Source: Caldilineaceae bacterium (GTDB taxonomy: Bacteria > Chloroflexota > Anaerolineae > Caldilineales > Caldilineaceae). From it: a stretch of 64,000 nt of DNA. A program made the translations under genes and the position numbers. Positions within the stretch are counted from its first letter, which is position 1, and each line of letters starts with the position of its first letter. Location: the NCBI GenBank assembly GCA_963664185.2, contig CAXXOQ010000143.1, positions 3,821-67,820 of the forward strand, read 5' to 3'. Of this stretch, positions 10,552 to 20,698 are shown piece by piece. The notes under the pieces were generated by a model. The model was not told where the DNA came from and did not search any database. It saw nothing but the letters and a program-made list of their open reading frames with translations.

Positions 10552-11955
10552 CTAGTAGCCCACAAGGGCTTTGCTGGTCTTGCGGTCCGCAGCGACCGGC
10601 AAGGCCAGGAAAGAACGCATGAAGGTGCGGGTGATCAACACGGCCGTGAGCATTGACAGCCCCACCCCAATGGCCAGGGTCAACGCAAACCCCTTGACCA
10701 CACTGGCCCCAAAGCTGCTGCCAAACCAGAAGAGCACCGCGCAACTGATCAGGGTGGAAATGTTGCCATCGCGGATGGCGGGCCAGGCCCGGTTGAAGCC
10801 TGTGCGAATGGCCGCCCGCATGGAGCGGCCCGCCCGCAATTCCTCCCGGAGCCGTTCAAAAATCAGAATGTTGGCATCCACGGCCATGCCAATGGACAGC
10901 AGAAACCCCGCGATGCCAGGCAGGGTGAGGGTGACCGGCACCAGCTTGAATACCGCCATGTTCAGGGCCACATAGATTACCAGGGCCAGACAGGCGAGCA
11001 ATCCCGGCAAGCGATACAGCACCAGCATGAAGAGCAGAACCATGGCCAGGCCCACCTGGCCCGCCAGCAGGCTCTTGGTGACCGATTCCTGGCCCAGCGT
11101 CGCGCCTATGGTCCGCACATCTACCACCTGCAGCGGTACGGGCAGGGCCCCATACTTCATCTGGATCGCCAGACTGCGGGCCTCTTCTTCCGTGAAACTG
11201 CCCGAAATCACGCCCACGTCACGAATGGCGTTGTTGATCACAGGTGTGGACAATACCGTGCCATCCAGCACAATGGGCATGACTTGCCCCACATTGGCCT
11301 GGGTATACGCGAAGAATGCATCGGAGCCCGGACCGGTAAGTTCAAAGTTGATTTGCCAGGCCCCCGTCGTATTGTCCAATCCTGGCACCGCATCCTGCAG
11401 GACGGTGCCGGTCATGACCGTCTCAAATACCTGCCCCGGGTAGGGCAGGGGCACCGGATCACTCAGCCCCGCCTGCATGGCCGCCTGGGTGTCCGCCACC
11501 GCATTGGGCCGGTTGGTAGTATTGATAACATACCCGGGGAGCAGCTGGGCGCCGTCGGTACGCACGAATTCCAGTTGTCCGGTGGAACGCAAGGTTTCAA
11601 TGGCCTTTTCCGGGTTGTCAATGCCCGGGAGTTCCACGATAATCCTGTGCAATCCCTGGCTCTGCACCGAGGGTTCGGTGACTCCCAGGCTGTTCACGCG
11701 GTTCTCGACGATGATGCGGGCGGTTGACATGGCCCCTTCCGTCAACTCCACCTCCGGCGGCAGATCCGCTTCCAGCAGAATCTGGGTCCCTCCCTGCAGA
11801 TCCAGTCCACGTGACAGGTTGACCAGATCCCGTGGCTCGTCGGCCGTGCCGGCGAATTTTTCCAGCCATGCGGCATGTTCAATGGGCAAGGCCACATACA
11901 GGGCGGCAGCAGCCAGCAGGGCAATGAACAAGAGGGAGACAGAATGGTTGCGCAT
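10552..11955 (-). CDS. secD: Protein translocase subunit SecD
   Basis: 467 aa ORF with GLDLQGG, a periplasmic domain, and the C-terminal RND-like TM bundle ([13 protein letters not shown]). Confidence 0.9.
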   Translation of the reverse strand: MRNHSVSLLFIALLAAAALYVALPIEHAAWLEKFAGTADEPRDLVNLSRGLDLQGGTQILLEADLPPEVELTEGAMSTARIIVENRVNSLGVTEPSVQSQGLHRIIVELPGIDNPEKAIETLRSTGQLEFVRTDGAQLLPGYVINTTNRPNAVADTQAAMQAGLSDPVPLPYPGQVFETVMTGTVLQDAVPGLDNTTGAWQINFELTGPGSDAFFAYTQANVGQVMPIVLDGTVLSTPVINNAIRDVGVISGSFTEEEARSLAIQMKYGALPVPLQVVDVRTIGATLGQESVTKSLLAGQVGLAMVLLFMLVLYRLPGLLACLALVIYVALNMAVFKLVPVTLTLPGIAGFLLSIGMAVDANILIFERLREELRAGRSMRAAIRTGFNRAWPAIRDGNISTLISCAVLFWFGSSFGASVVKGFALTLAIGVGLSMLTAVLITRTFMRSFLALPVAADRKTSKALVGY

Positions 11956-12051
11956 ACAGCGGGAATTCGGGGTTCAGTTTGCCATGCGGGCCATGGGAAG
12001 TTCAGCCATTGCAAGAGGGAAGTATAGAGTACACCAATTCCACCATCAAAA

Positions 12052-12909
12052 ATGGCACTGCCCATGAAATGTATTTCCAGCACCCGCAACCGGCACATCC
12101 AGCATGCCCTCAAATTGCGCCAGCGCACCCATCGCCGCCAGCGAGGTCACACGCTGATTGAAGGCGAGCGGGAAATAGCCAGCGCGTTGCGCGCGCGGAT
12201 TCCTTTCCATACCATCTATCTCTGTCCCGAATTGGTTGCGTACAATCTGGACCCGGCGCTGGTATCGCAGTTGGACACCTATGCCCGCGAGACAGCGGTG
12301 CCCATCTTCCACATTTCGCCCCAGGTCCATGAACGCCTGGCCATGCGCGGCAGTACAGGGGGTGCCGTGGTGGAAGCTATCTGTCCCCCGGTCTCACTGC
12401 AATGCTTGCCCCAGGCACCGAATGCCCGTTATGTCATCCTGGAAGATGCGGATCGGCCCGGTAACATTGGCGCGGTGCTGCGGACAGCCGCGGCCACGGG
12501 AACCACCGGCCTGATACTGGCCCGGCATCAGGGAACCGGTACCGATCTGGCCAATCCCAATGTCATCCGGGCCAGCCTGGGCACCGTTTTTGCCGTTCCG
12601 TCGGCCCAGGCGGACAATGCGGCCGTACTCGCCTGGCTACGGGCACAGCAGTGTGCCATCATAGCCTGTGCCCCAACAGGCCACAGCCTTTATGCCCCGG
12701 TTGATATACCCGGTCCGGCCGCCTTTGTCTTTGGCAGTGAAGCGCAGGGGTTGTCTTCGTTGTGGTACGAGGCTGCCCACTCGACACTGGCCATCCCCAT
12801 GGCCGATGCGGTCGACAGCCTGAATCTCTCGGTCAGTGTAGCCATAGTCCTGTACGAATTCCTGCGCCGCGAGCAGACCACGACCCCGGTGCCGGCCCCG
12901 ACAGTCTGA
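12052..12909 (+). CDS. TrmH/SpoU-family RNA 2'-O-methyltransferase
   Basis: 285 aa ORF with SpoU motifs (GNIGAVLRTA, FGSEAQGLS, IPMADAVDSLNLSVSVAIVLYE). Confidence 0.85.
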   Translation: MALPMKCISSTRNRHIQHALKLRQRTHRRQRGHTLIEGEREIASALRARIPFHTIYLCPELVAYNLDPALVSQLDTYARETAVPIFHISPQVHERLAMRGSTGGAVVEAICPPVSLQCLPQAPNARYVILEDADRPGNIGAVLRTAAATGTTGLILARHQGTGTDLANPNVIRASLGTVFAVPSAQADNAAVLAWLRAQQCAIIACAPTGHSLYAPVDIPGPAAFVFGSEAQGLSSLWYEAAHSTLAIPMADAVDSLNLSVSVAIVLYEFLRREQTTTPVPAPTV

Positions 12910-12997
12910 AACCTCTTCACCGGGAGGTCACGGTCCATCATCACACCAGAACACGATTCCCTATGCTAGAGTCAAGGGCAGCCTATTGTAGAATGGC

Positions 12998-15007
12998 TTG
13001 TGGCTTTCCCCTTTTGGTACAGGATTCACCACCCTCTTGAAAAAGACAATCGAACTTTCTCCGCGCAAGATCACGATCCTCGTCGGTGCCGTCCTGCTGG
13101 CAATCGTGATTACTTCCCTTCTTGTGCGGCAATACAGCAATACGGAATACGCCTCGCTGGATGTGATTGTCAATGCGGCCCAGGCAGGGGATATCAAGCA
13201 GTTGCTCGTCAAGCATGATCGTGTGGAAGTGCTCCTGCAAGACAACACCACCATCACGGCCCTGAAAGAGACGGGGATCAGTTTTCTGTCTACCCTGCAC
13301 AGCCTGGGCGTATCCCAGCTGGATACGATCGAGATGCAGATAGCCCCGCCTGGGGCCTGGCAACGCATGGGGCCCATTCTCTTTGCCCTGTTGCCCCTGT
13401 TGCTGATCGGTGTCTTCTTTCTGTTCATTTTCCGTCAGGCCCAGAGCATGGGCAACCAGACCTTCAGTTTCGGGCGCAGTCGGGCCCGCAAGACCGATGG
13501 CGCGGATGTGGATGTCACGTTTGACGATGTCGCCGGCAACGAGGAAACCAAGCTGGAACTGGAAGAGGTGGTCGAGTTTCTCAAGACTCCCGATCGCTTC
13601 CTGATGCTGGGCGCGCGCATTCCCAAGGGGGTATTGCTGGTAGGCCCACCCGGTACCGGCAAGACCCTGATGGCCAAAGCGGTGGCCGGAGAGGCTGGGG
13701 TGCCCTTCTTTACCATTTCCGGCTCCGAGTTTGTCGAAATGTTTGTCGGTGTAGGGGCGCGCCGCGTGCGCGACCTGTTCAATCAGGCCGCCAACAATGC
13801 CCCCTGCATCGTGTTTATAGACGAAATTGATGCCGTGGGCCGACGCCGGGGTGCCGGCATGGGAGGCTCGCACGACGAACGGGAACAGACCCTGAACCAA
13901 ATCCTGGTGGAAATGGACGGGTTCGATACGGGTACCGACATCATTGTCATGGCGGCCACCAACCGGCCGGACATTCTGGACCCGGCGCTGCTCCGGCCCG
14001 GCCGCTTTGATCGGCGGGTGACCATGGATGCGCCGGATGCCAAAGGGCGCCGGGCCATTCTGGATGTCCATATCAAGGGCAAACCGCTGGCCCCGGACGT
14101 GAACCTGGATACGGTGGCCAAACGGACCGTCGGCTTTGTGGGTGCCGACATCGAGAACCTGGTCAATGAAGCTGCGCTCTTTGCCGCCCGGAACAACCGC
14201 GCACAGATCACGGTGGGCGATTTTGAGGAAGCCATCGAGCGCGTGCGGGTGGGTCCCGAACGCAAGTCCCGCCAGGTTACCCAGCGGGAGCGCGAAATTC
14301 TGGCTTACCACCATGCGGGCCATGCCCTCGTTATGCACTATCTGCCGGAACATGATCCCGTCCACAAGATCACGATCGTGCCCCGGGGCATGAAGGGAGG
14401 CTATTCCCGCAGCCTGCCGGAGGTGGAAACCCATCTCTATACGGTGGAAAAACTGCAGGCCCTGCTCGCCGCCAATCTGGGCGGACGTATTGCGGAGCAA
14501 CAGCACTTTGGGGAAGTAACCACGGAATCCACCGATGATCTGGACATGGTCACAAAACTGGCCCGCACGATGATCACCCAGTGGGGCATGAGCGCAACCC
14601 TGGGTCCCATTCAGTATGGACACCGCGAAGAACTGGTGTTTTTGGGTTCGGAGATCACGGAATACCGGAACTACGGGGAAAAAACCGCGGAAAGCATAGA
14701 TGATGAGGTCCAGATCCTGGTTGCCCACGCCCAGGAAAAGGCCCAGTCCATCCTGGCGTCCCGTGGTGACGAACTGGATTTGGTGGCCGCGTACCTGCTG
14801 GAATATGAAACCCTGGAAGCAGACGAGTTTGTCGCCTTGCTGCAAGGCGAACTCACGCTGGATGGCCACATGGATCCCAAGGTGCAACCGGAGTCGTCTC
14901 CCGAAACCCCGGCCTCTGCCCAGCCCGACTCGGCCACCCAGGAAGAAAGTGAAGCCCCTGACAAAGAGGTGGGTCTTGGCGGCAGCACAGTGCCGGCTCC
15001 CGTTTGA
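12998..15007 (+). CDS. ftsH: ATP-dependent zinc metalloprotease FtsH (non-ATG start, exact start uncertain)
   Basis: 669 aa ORF with two N-terminal TM helices, Walker A GPPGTGKT, the SRH, and the HEAGHA zinc site (HHAGHAL). Confidence 0.95.
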   Translation: MWLSPFGTGFTTLLKKTIELSPRKITILVGAVLLAIVITSLLVRQYSNTEYASLDVIVNAAQAGDIKQLLVKHDRVEVLLQDNTTITALKETGISFLSTLHSLGVSQLDTIEMQIAPPGAWQRMGPILFALLPLLLIGVFFLFIFRQAQSMGNQTFSFGRSRARKTDGADVDVTFDDVAGNEETKLELEEVVEFLKTPDRFLMLGARIPKGVLLVGPPGTGKTLMAKAVAGEAGVPFFTISGSEFVEMFVGVGARRVRDLFNQAANNAPCIVFIDEIDAVGRRRGAGMGGSHDEREQTLNQILVEMDGFDTGTDIIVMAATNRPDILDPALLRPGRFDRRVTMDAPDAKGRRAILDVHIKGKPLAPDVNLDTVAKRTVGFVGADIENLVNEAALFAARNNRAQITVGDFEEAIERVRVGPERKSRQVTQREREILAYHHAGHALVMHYLPEHDPVHKITIVPRGMKGGYSRSLPEVETHLYTVEKLQALLAANLGGRIAEQQHFGEVTTESTDDLDMVTKLARTMITQWGMSATLGPIQYGHREELVFLGSEITEYRNYGEKTAESIDDEVQILVAHAQEKAQSILASRGDELDLVAAYLLEYETLEADEFVALLQGELTLDGHMDPKVQPESSPETPASAQPDSATQEESEAPDKEVGLGGSTVPAPV

Positions 15008-15058
15008 TATCCGCCGTGGCCCTGCCCATACCGGCCACCTGTTCCCCGCCATGGGCCC

Positions 15059-15727
15059 ATGTCCCACGTTTTGTACGCGTGCAGACGGCACTACCTGGGA
15101 TCGTTCAACATACTCTCCACGCTGCTGATCCTGGGGGGACTGGGCGCGGTTCTGGTCGGTGCGGGTATCACGCCCTGGCCTTCGATTCTGGGCTTGCTGA
15201 TCGCGCTGCTGCCGCTGGGGATTCTGGGCCTGGATCTCCATGCCCGCCGCCAGCATTACGTGCAGTTCACCCCCGACAGGGCGGCAGTATCCCCCGCTCC
15301 GCTGGCTCCCGGGCGCAAACTGCGCATTCGTGCTACCGGCTGGTTTGAGGTAGAAGACAAGCACCAGATTCACGTGTGGCTGGAGGGGTACTATCGTACC
15401 TTTCCCACGCGGGAACATGCGGTGATTGCGCTGTGTGCTCCCACATCGCTGTGGGGCTGGGGGCGCAGCCGCAGCCAGGACGATGGCATGTGGTACATGT
15501 TCATTCGGCCCGAAGACATCCTGCAGGTGCAAAGCGGTGACCTTGCGTTTGGCCAGGAACGCTTGGCTGGCGTACGTCTTGCCTATCGTGCGCTTGTGCC
15601 TGGGAAATTCCGCCGGAAACGGCTCCGGCAACAGGACTGCATTGCCTATCTGGGTTTCCCCAACCGGCCGGAGGCCTTGCTGGCAACGGGGGATTTGCTG
15701 TACGACGCCCCATCAGACCAACCATGA
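15059..15727 (+). CDS. Hypothetical membrane protein (2 N-terminal TM helices)
   Basis: 222 aa ORF beginning 51 nt after ftsH on the same strand. No family recognised. Confidence 0.5.
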   Translation: MSHVLYACRRHYLGSFNILSTLLILGGLGAVLVGAGITPWPSILGLLIALLPLGILGLDLHARRQHYVQFTPDRAAVSPAPLAPGRKLRIRATGWFEVEDKHQIHVWLEGYYRTFPTREHAVIALCAPTSLWGWGRSRSQDDGMWYMFIRPEDILQVQSGDLAFGQERLAGVRLAYRALVPGKFRRKRLRQQDCIAYLGFPNRPEALLATGDLLYDAPSDQP

Positions 15728-16089
15728 ACGGGACACAGCCAATGCGCGCTTGTCCGTTCCCATGGGCCACGCATGACCACGCATAGCCGTGTGGGATGGG
15801 GGATTGAGGAAACCCTGACAGGGACATCCTGTACACAGGTGCTGGGAGGACGCAACGTCCATGCCTCCCGCCGTGGCGTAGCCCTCTGCCCTTGGGTTGC
15901 ATACCCGTACGTTCATGCCGTACCGGTAAGTTGATCGCGGCAAGTCCCTCCGCCTTCATACGCACGCTGCATGACAGACCATGGCATTGGGCTTGTGTAC
16001 TGCGGGTATGGCATCGCTCTGCCTGCAGTGCCCGCGGCCAGGGCCCAGTGCAGTATTCGGTGTGGCAACAGGCAGCCCGTCCCGAACGG

Positions 16090-16638
16090 TCACCGGTTCG
16101 GCCCCGGGATTTTCTTCCCGGTTCTGATCATGATTTCCGCGGAGTTGCCGGGTACCTCCGGCGGCTGAATGCCATCTGCCGTGGATTGCGTTGCAGCTGT
16201 AACCTCACCCCCTTCCCAGATTTCCACCACAAACTGATCCAAGCCACGAGGAGCAGGACCGTCGAGATACTCTCCTTCGCGGGTGAACTGGGAAGCATGC
16301 CAGGGTCACCCGAAACGGCAATTGGCAGCAACCCACTTGTACAGGCAACCCAGATGCGGACAAACCATATAGAGTGCGCGGGGTTCCTGCTCCGTATTGA
16401 CCAGCCAATACTTGCCGGCGGCATGACTCAGGAGTGAGTCCGACGAAGCGGACAGCGCAGCGGCCGGGCCCAAGGGGAATTCGCCTCCGAATTCTCCCGC
16501 CCGAAACCGGGGATACATGAACAGGTCCGTCGCCACGACCTGTTGCAATGACACCAGGCCAACCATGGCCACCCACGAATAGGCCAGAAATGCGCGCCTG
16601 TTCCGTTGACTTCCGGCGTAGAGACGGAATGCGTGCAT
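16090..16638 (-). pseudogene. Rieske [2Fe-2S] protein (cytochrome b6f/bc PetC/QcrA type) interrupted by a single in-frame TGA at 16306-16308. Either a pseudogene or a recoded gene.
   Basis: AAGGAGG RBS 5 nt before the ATG at 16638, a Tat-like NRRAFL motif, and box I CPHLGC. Eighteen residues later, where box II CPCHGS is expected, the frame reads TGA-P-W-H-A-S. The same frame then continues with QFTREGEYLDGPAPRGLDQFVVEIWEGGEV... to a stop at 16090. Confidence 0.7.
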
Positions 16639-16840
16639 AGTTGCCTCCTTTGACGGCCATTGTATTATCATTATCGGCGCCATGATACAGCAGGAAGTGA
16701 CCGCACCGCAGCTATCTTCCTTTATGCATGAACTGGCCGTCCCGCGAACCTCCCGTCTCAGGACAAGCACAACCTGGACGGAAGCAGTTTGCCGGAAAGT
16801 ATTTTGGATCCAAGCAACGCGGATTCATTGAAAGATTGGC

Positions 16841-17281
16841 ATGCCTGTCCACCGCCCCGACTGGGATCAGTATTTTTTTGAAGTTGCGCGCGTTGTGGCT
16901 TCCCGGAGCACCTGCAACAGGGCTGCAGTCGGGTGCGTCATTGTGCGCGAACGCCGTATACTCACCACAGGGTATAACGGTGCGCCCACCGGGTTGCCAC
17001 ATTGTGACGATGTCGGACACCTGATAGAGAACGGTCATTGCATCCGCACCTTGCATGCCGAACAGAACGCCCTGATTCAGGCAGCCCTGCATGGTGTAAG
17101 CACCAGGGGTGCCACCCTCTATGTAACTCACCAGCCCTGTTTCACCTGTGCCAAGATGATCGTCAATGCCGGTATCGTCAGGGTCGTTCACGGCCGCGGC
17201 TATGAATCACCGCAAAGCCTGCAGCTGTTTGACGAGGCTGGCATCAGGCATGAAGCCCTGCTCGGATCCCACACGGGTTAG
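16841..17281 (+). CDS. Deoxycytidylate (dCMP) deaminase
   Basis: 146 aa ORF with HAEQNA and PCFTCAKMI zinc-binding CDA motifs. Confidence 0.9.
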   Translation: MPVHRPDWDQYFFEVARVVASRSTCNRAAVGCVIVRERRILTTGYNGAPTGLPHCDDVGHLIENGHCIRTLHAEQNALIQAALHGVSTRGATLYVTHQPCFTCAKMIVNAGIVRVVHGRGYESPQSLQLFDEAGIRHEALLGSHTG

Positions 17282-17921
17282 ATGTCTCCCTGTCCATCCC
17301 CGGGCAGCATCGCAGGTTCAGGTGTGTATTTTTTGTGGCCGCACCGCATATTGCCACCCGACGATGACATCATAACGTCCCGGCTTCCCCGAACATCACC
17401 GGGATGGGCTCACGCAGGCACCAGTCCGCCAGCACCCATCTTGAAGAAGCTGCGGATCGGAACCGGCAATGCCCCCACCATGGTCATGCCAACCGTATAA
17501 CAGATAGAGGATGCCCGATATCATGCACATTGCCCGCACCTGCGGTCTCTTTCCTCCCCCAGCTGGAACTTGACCGCCAGCCCGCATGCCATCACCCTGA
17601 CCATGGCGACAGGGCTGTCACCGGATTGTGGCTGTCCGCTGCCGGGAGTCAGATGAAGGCACACGGTGTTCTGTCACGGTTGCCCGTTCCCCAAGCGGCA
17701 TTTGCCGTGGTGGCAACAGGCCTTACGGCTGCCGGCGTGCCTTTCCTTCCATCTGGCCACGGTCCTGGGCTTGTCCCGGGGAGAAAGACCGCGGGGACCG
17801 CAATATGCTACAATTGAATCAGCCAGGTGCGTTTCAAGCCATACCTTGTGCCTGTAAGCTTTCTTTTTCCCTCGCAATCCATCGCGGCACTGTGGCACTG
17901 CTTTCCCCAACACGAACACAG

Positions 17922-18992
17922 ATGCTCCTGCGCCGGTTGTCCCTGGACCGTGTGTCGTGGGTGGATATCATCCTCGGCTTCTTGCGCATCGGGATTTTGG
18001 TCGCGGTGGTTGCCGGCTCGATCAGTACCATCGCCTCCGGCAAATACACAGTGACCCAGTGGGGCAGCCTGGTTGCGGCCGGCGTCGCCCAGGGCAGCAT
18101 CTATGCCCTGATCGCCCTGGGCTACACCCTGGTGTACGGCATCCTGCGGATGATCAACTTCGCCCATGGTGAGGTTTTCATGTTCGGTGCTTATGTCACG
18201 GCCTATTTTGCCTTGTGGACGGCACGCCACGATTGGCTGGCGAATTCGCCCTATCTGACGATCCTGTCATGGGTCTTGCTGGCTGCCCTCGTATCTACAG
18301 GTGTGGCCGTTCTGGTGGAACGTGTGGCCTACAAGCCCTTGCGAGGCAAACCCCGCCTGGTCACACTGATTTCGGCCATCGGCGTGTCCTTTTTCCTCCA
18401 GTATACGGCCCGCAGCTTTTTTGGTTCGGGCTTCATTTCCTATCCGGACATGCCTATCTTGCGGGGCCGGGTTGAGGTAGGACCCTTCGCCTTCCCTTCC
18501 GTACAGCTGGGCGTGCTGGTGATGGCCCTTGTCCTGATGGCCATCCTGTACTGGCTGGTGGAAAAGACCCGCATGGGCCGGGCCATGCGCGCCGTATCCG
18601 AAGACATGGAAGTTTCCCGCCTGATGGGTGTCGATACCGAAAAGGTCATTTTGTTCACCTTCGCCCTGGGCGGGGCCCTGGCCGGGGCGGCCGGGGTTTT
18701 CAACGGCCTGTACAAGCCCCAGGGCGTGAATTTCTTCATGGGTTTCTTTCCTGGCATCAAGGCCTTTACGGCGGCCGTGCTGGGGGGCATCGGCAGTGTG
18801 CCAGGAGCGCTTTTGGGCGGCCTGGTGCTGGGGATCATCGAGTCCGTGGGACCGAACCTGGTCCTGGACGGGCTGGGCATTCCCGCGGCCAATCAGCTCA
18901 AGGATGCCATTGCCTATCTGATGCTGGTGTTCATCCTGATTTTCCGGCCCCAGGGCATCCTGGGGGAAAAGATCGAAGAAGAGAAGGCCTGA
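17922..18992 (+). CDS. livH: Branched-chain amino acid ABC transporter permease (LivH type)
   Basis: GSIYALIALGYTLVYGILRMINFAHGE motif. I prefer the ATG at 17922 to the 17628 start in the ORF track, because the upstream 98 codons are not protein-like. Confidence 0.9.
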   Translation: MLLRRLSLDRVSWVDIILGFLRIGILVAVVAGSISTIASGKYTVTQWGSLVAAGVAQGSIYALIALGYTLVYGILRMINFAHGEVFMFGAYVTAYFALWTARHDWLANSPYLTILSWVLLAALVSTGVAVLVERVAYKPLRGKPRLVTLISAIGVSFFLQYTARSFFGSGFISYPDMPILRGRVEVGPFAFPSVQLGVLVMALVLMAILYWLVEKTRMGRAMRAVSEDMEVSRLMGVDTEKVILFTFALGGALAGAAGVFNGLYKPQGVNFFMGFFPGIKAFTAAVLGGIGSVPGALLGGLVLGIIESVGPNLVLDGLGIPAANQLKDAIAYLMLVFILIFRPQGILGEKIEEEKA

Positions 18993-18996
18993 GGTC

Positions 18997-20688
18997 ATGC
19001 AGGATATGTCGCCCCGCCGCCGATGGCTGATCTTCAGTGGCTTCGCCACGATCGCCGTCATCTATCTCATGCTGACGGGCATGATCGAGACGTTTGGGGA
19101 ACGCCAGATCATCATCGGTGTGATCAGTCTGGGCCAGATCGTACTGTATCTGCCTTCCCTGGTGTCCGGCTTCCTGATGCGCGAGGACACGTCGGTGCCC
19201 TCAAGACTGCTGTACGGTGCTTTGGCTGGCCTGGCGACGTTTGTGATTCCGGTCCTGCTGCTGGTTTTCATGGACAATGTGCCCATGCGGGACATGTTCC
19301 AGCACGCCTCTCCTACCCTGGTGGGCGTCATGACCTTTGGGCAGGAAACGCTTCCGGTGGGCTTGGCTCTGCTTGGCCTGGCCGGCATGGCCTCCGGTGT
19401 GGCGGGAGCCGTGTTATCCCTTTTGCCGCAATCCGTCCGCAAGGCCCTGGTTACCGGTTTTGCCGTGGTAGTGACCGTGGCGATGTTGAGCGATCTCGTG
19501 GGCCAGGTACTGCGCCAGATCCTGGGAGGGCGTCCGGATCGGATTCTGTTCAGCGGGAATGCCCTGCGCCCGGGCGTAGGGATTGGGCTTTTCGTTTTGG
19601 TCCTGGTTCTCGTGTATCTGCAGTCCCGGTTTGGGGCCGGTTGGCAAACCCGCTTCCCTGTCCTGAACCAGATGCGCTCCGGCCGGGGCCAGCTTATCGC
19701 CAATGGGATTGGGATCGTCTTTCTCCTGATCCTGCCGTGGATGTTGGGCAGCTATCTCAGTGAAGTGCTGGTCAACGTGGGGCTATTCATGCTGATGGCA
19801 CTGGGCCTCAACATTGCTGTCGGCCTGGCAGGTTTGCTGGATCTGGGCTATGTGACGAATTTCGCCGTGGGCGCCTATTTGGTAGGCGTCCTGACTTCCA
19901 CGGGGCCCCAGGGCGTGGGACATTTCAATTTCTGGCTCATCGTGCCCATCAGCATTGTAGCCGCGATGTTTACCGGCTTCCTTCTCGCGCTGCCGGTTAT
20001 TCGCATGCGCGGGGATTATCTGGCGATTGCCACGCTGGGTTTTGGCGAGATGATTCGTCTGCTGGCCCTGTCCGACTGGTTCGCCCCCCTGATCGGTGGG
20101 GCCCAGGGCGTCCTCTTCATTCCCAAGCCCCAAATCCTGAACCTGAGCTTCCAGACGCCCCAGCAACTGTACTACATCATCCTGGCCGCCTGCCTGCTGG
20201 TCCTGCTGGTCAGCTATCGGCTGGATATCTCCCGTACGGGGCGGCGCTGGATGGCGATCCGGGAAGACGAAACCGTGGCCAACGCCATCGGCATTGACAC
20301 GACATGGGTCAAGACCCTGGCCTTTACCCTGAGTGCTGCCAGTGGCGGTTTGTCCGGCGCGATTTTCGCCGCCAAGCTGGGCACCATTTTCCCGCATTCG
20401 TTTCAGTTGCTCATTTCCATCAATGCCCTGTGCATCATTCTCGTAGGCGGCATGGCCAGCATTCCCGGTATTGCCCTCGGTTCCATCGTGCTGATTGGCA
20501 TGCCCGAATTGTTGCGGGAATTCTCGGAATACCGATACCTTTTCTACGGCATTCTCCTGGTACTCATGACCCTTTTCCGTCCCACGGGCCTCATCCCGGC
20601 CGCGGCGCGGCATTATACGCCACCGAAGGCGGAGTCGGGTCCTTCGCCTCCGGCCTCATCGCCAGGCACCGCACCGCAAAGGGCCTGA
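18997..20688 (+). CDS. livM: Branched-chain amino acid ABC transporter permease (LivM type) with a long N-terminal membrane extension
   Basis: 563 aa ORF. The C-terminal about 330 aa carry LivM motifs (GLAGLLDLGYV, IRMRGDYLAIATLGFGE). Confidence 0.9.
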   Translation: MQDMSPRRRWLIFSGFATIAVIYLMLTGMIETFGERQIIIGVISLGQIVLYLPSLVSGFLMREDTSVPSRLLYGALAGLATFVIPVLLLVFMDNVPMRDMFQHASPTLVGVMTFGQETLPVGLALLGLAGMASGVAGAVLSLLPQSVRKALVTGFAVVVTVAMLSDLVGQVLRQILGGRPDRILFSGNALRPGVGIGLFVLVLVLVYLQSRFGAGWQTRFPVLNQMRSGRGQLIANGIGIVFLLILPWMLGSYLSEVLVNVGLFMLMALGLNIAVGLAGLLDLGYVTNFAVGAYLVGVLTSTGPQGVGHFNFWLIVPISIVAAMFTGFLLALPVIRMRGDYLAIATLGFGEMIRLLALSDWFAPLIGGAQGVLFIPKPQILNLSFQTPQQLYYIILAACLLVLLVSYRLDISRTGRRWMAIREDETVANAIGIDTTWVKTLAFTLSAASGGLSGAIFAAKLGTIFPHSFQLLISINALCIILVGGMASIPGIALGSIVLIGMPELLREFSEYRYLFYGILLVLMTLFRPTGLIPAAARHYTPPKAESGPSPPASSPGTAPQRA

Positions 20689-20698
20689 AATTCGTATT

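Noticed and set aside
15713-15943. 76 aa minus-strand ORF (and the 360-bp gap 15728-16089) downstream of the Rieske gene, considered as a possible partner such as a small cytochrome because of a CTGCPC string.
   Set aside because: No heme-binding CxxCH motif, mixed codon usage, no RBS, and it overlaps the end of the 15059-15727 gene. Probably non-coding.
16281-16311. Hairpin enclosing the Rieske in-frame TGA, considered as a bacterial SECIS element.
   Set aside because: Not accepted as a SECIS. The apical loop starts only about 6 nt after the UGA, whereas canonical bacterial SECIS loops sit roughly 16-37 nt downstream. I cannot see Sec machinery in this window. Kept only as a point to test under the Rieske finding.
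17628-17921. N-terminal 98 codons of the livH ORF as given in the track (start at 17628), and likewise extended N-termini for cmk, secF, tpx, oppD, nuoA (both copies), livF, the PhyH gene and the lipoprotein.
   Set aside because: The extensions are compositionally non-protein-like (Arg/Cys/Pro-rich) and precede internal ATGs that align with the conserved family N-termini, several with better RBS. Starts were moved accordingly.
18997-19700. The ~230 aa N-terminal membrane extension of LivM, considered as a possible gene fusion.
   Set aside because: It is continuous in frame and hydrophobic throughout. Long LivM variants with extra TM helices are known in several phyla, so it is not treated as unusual.
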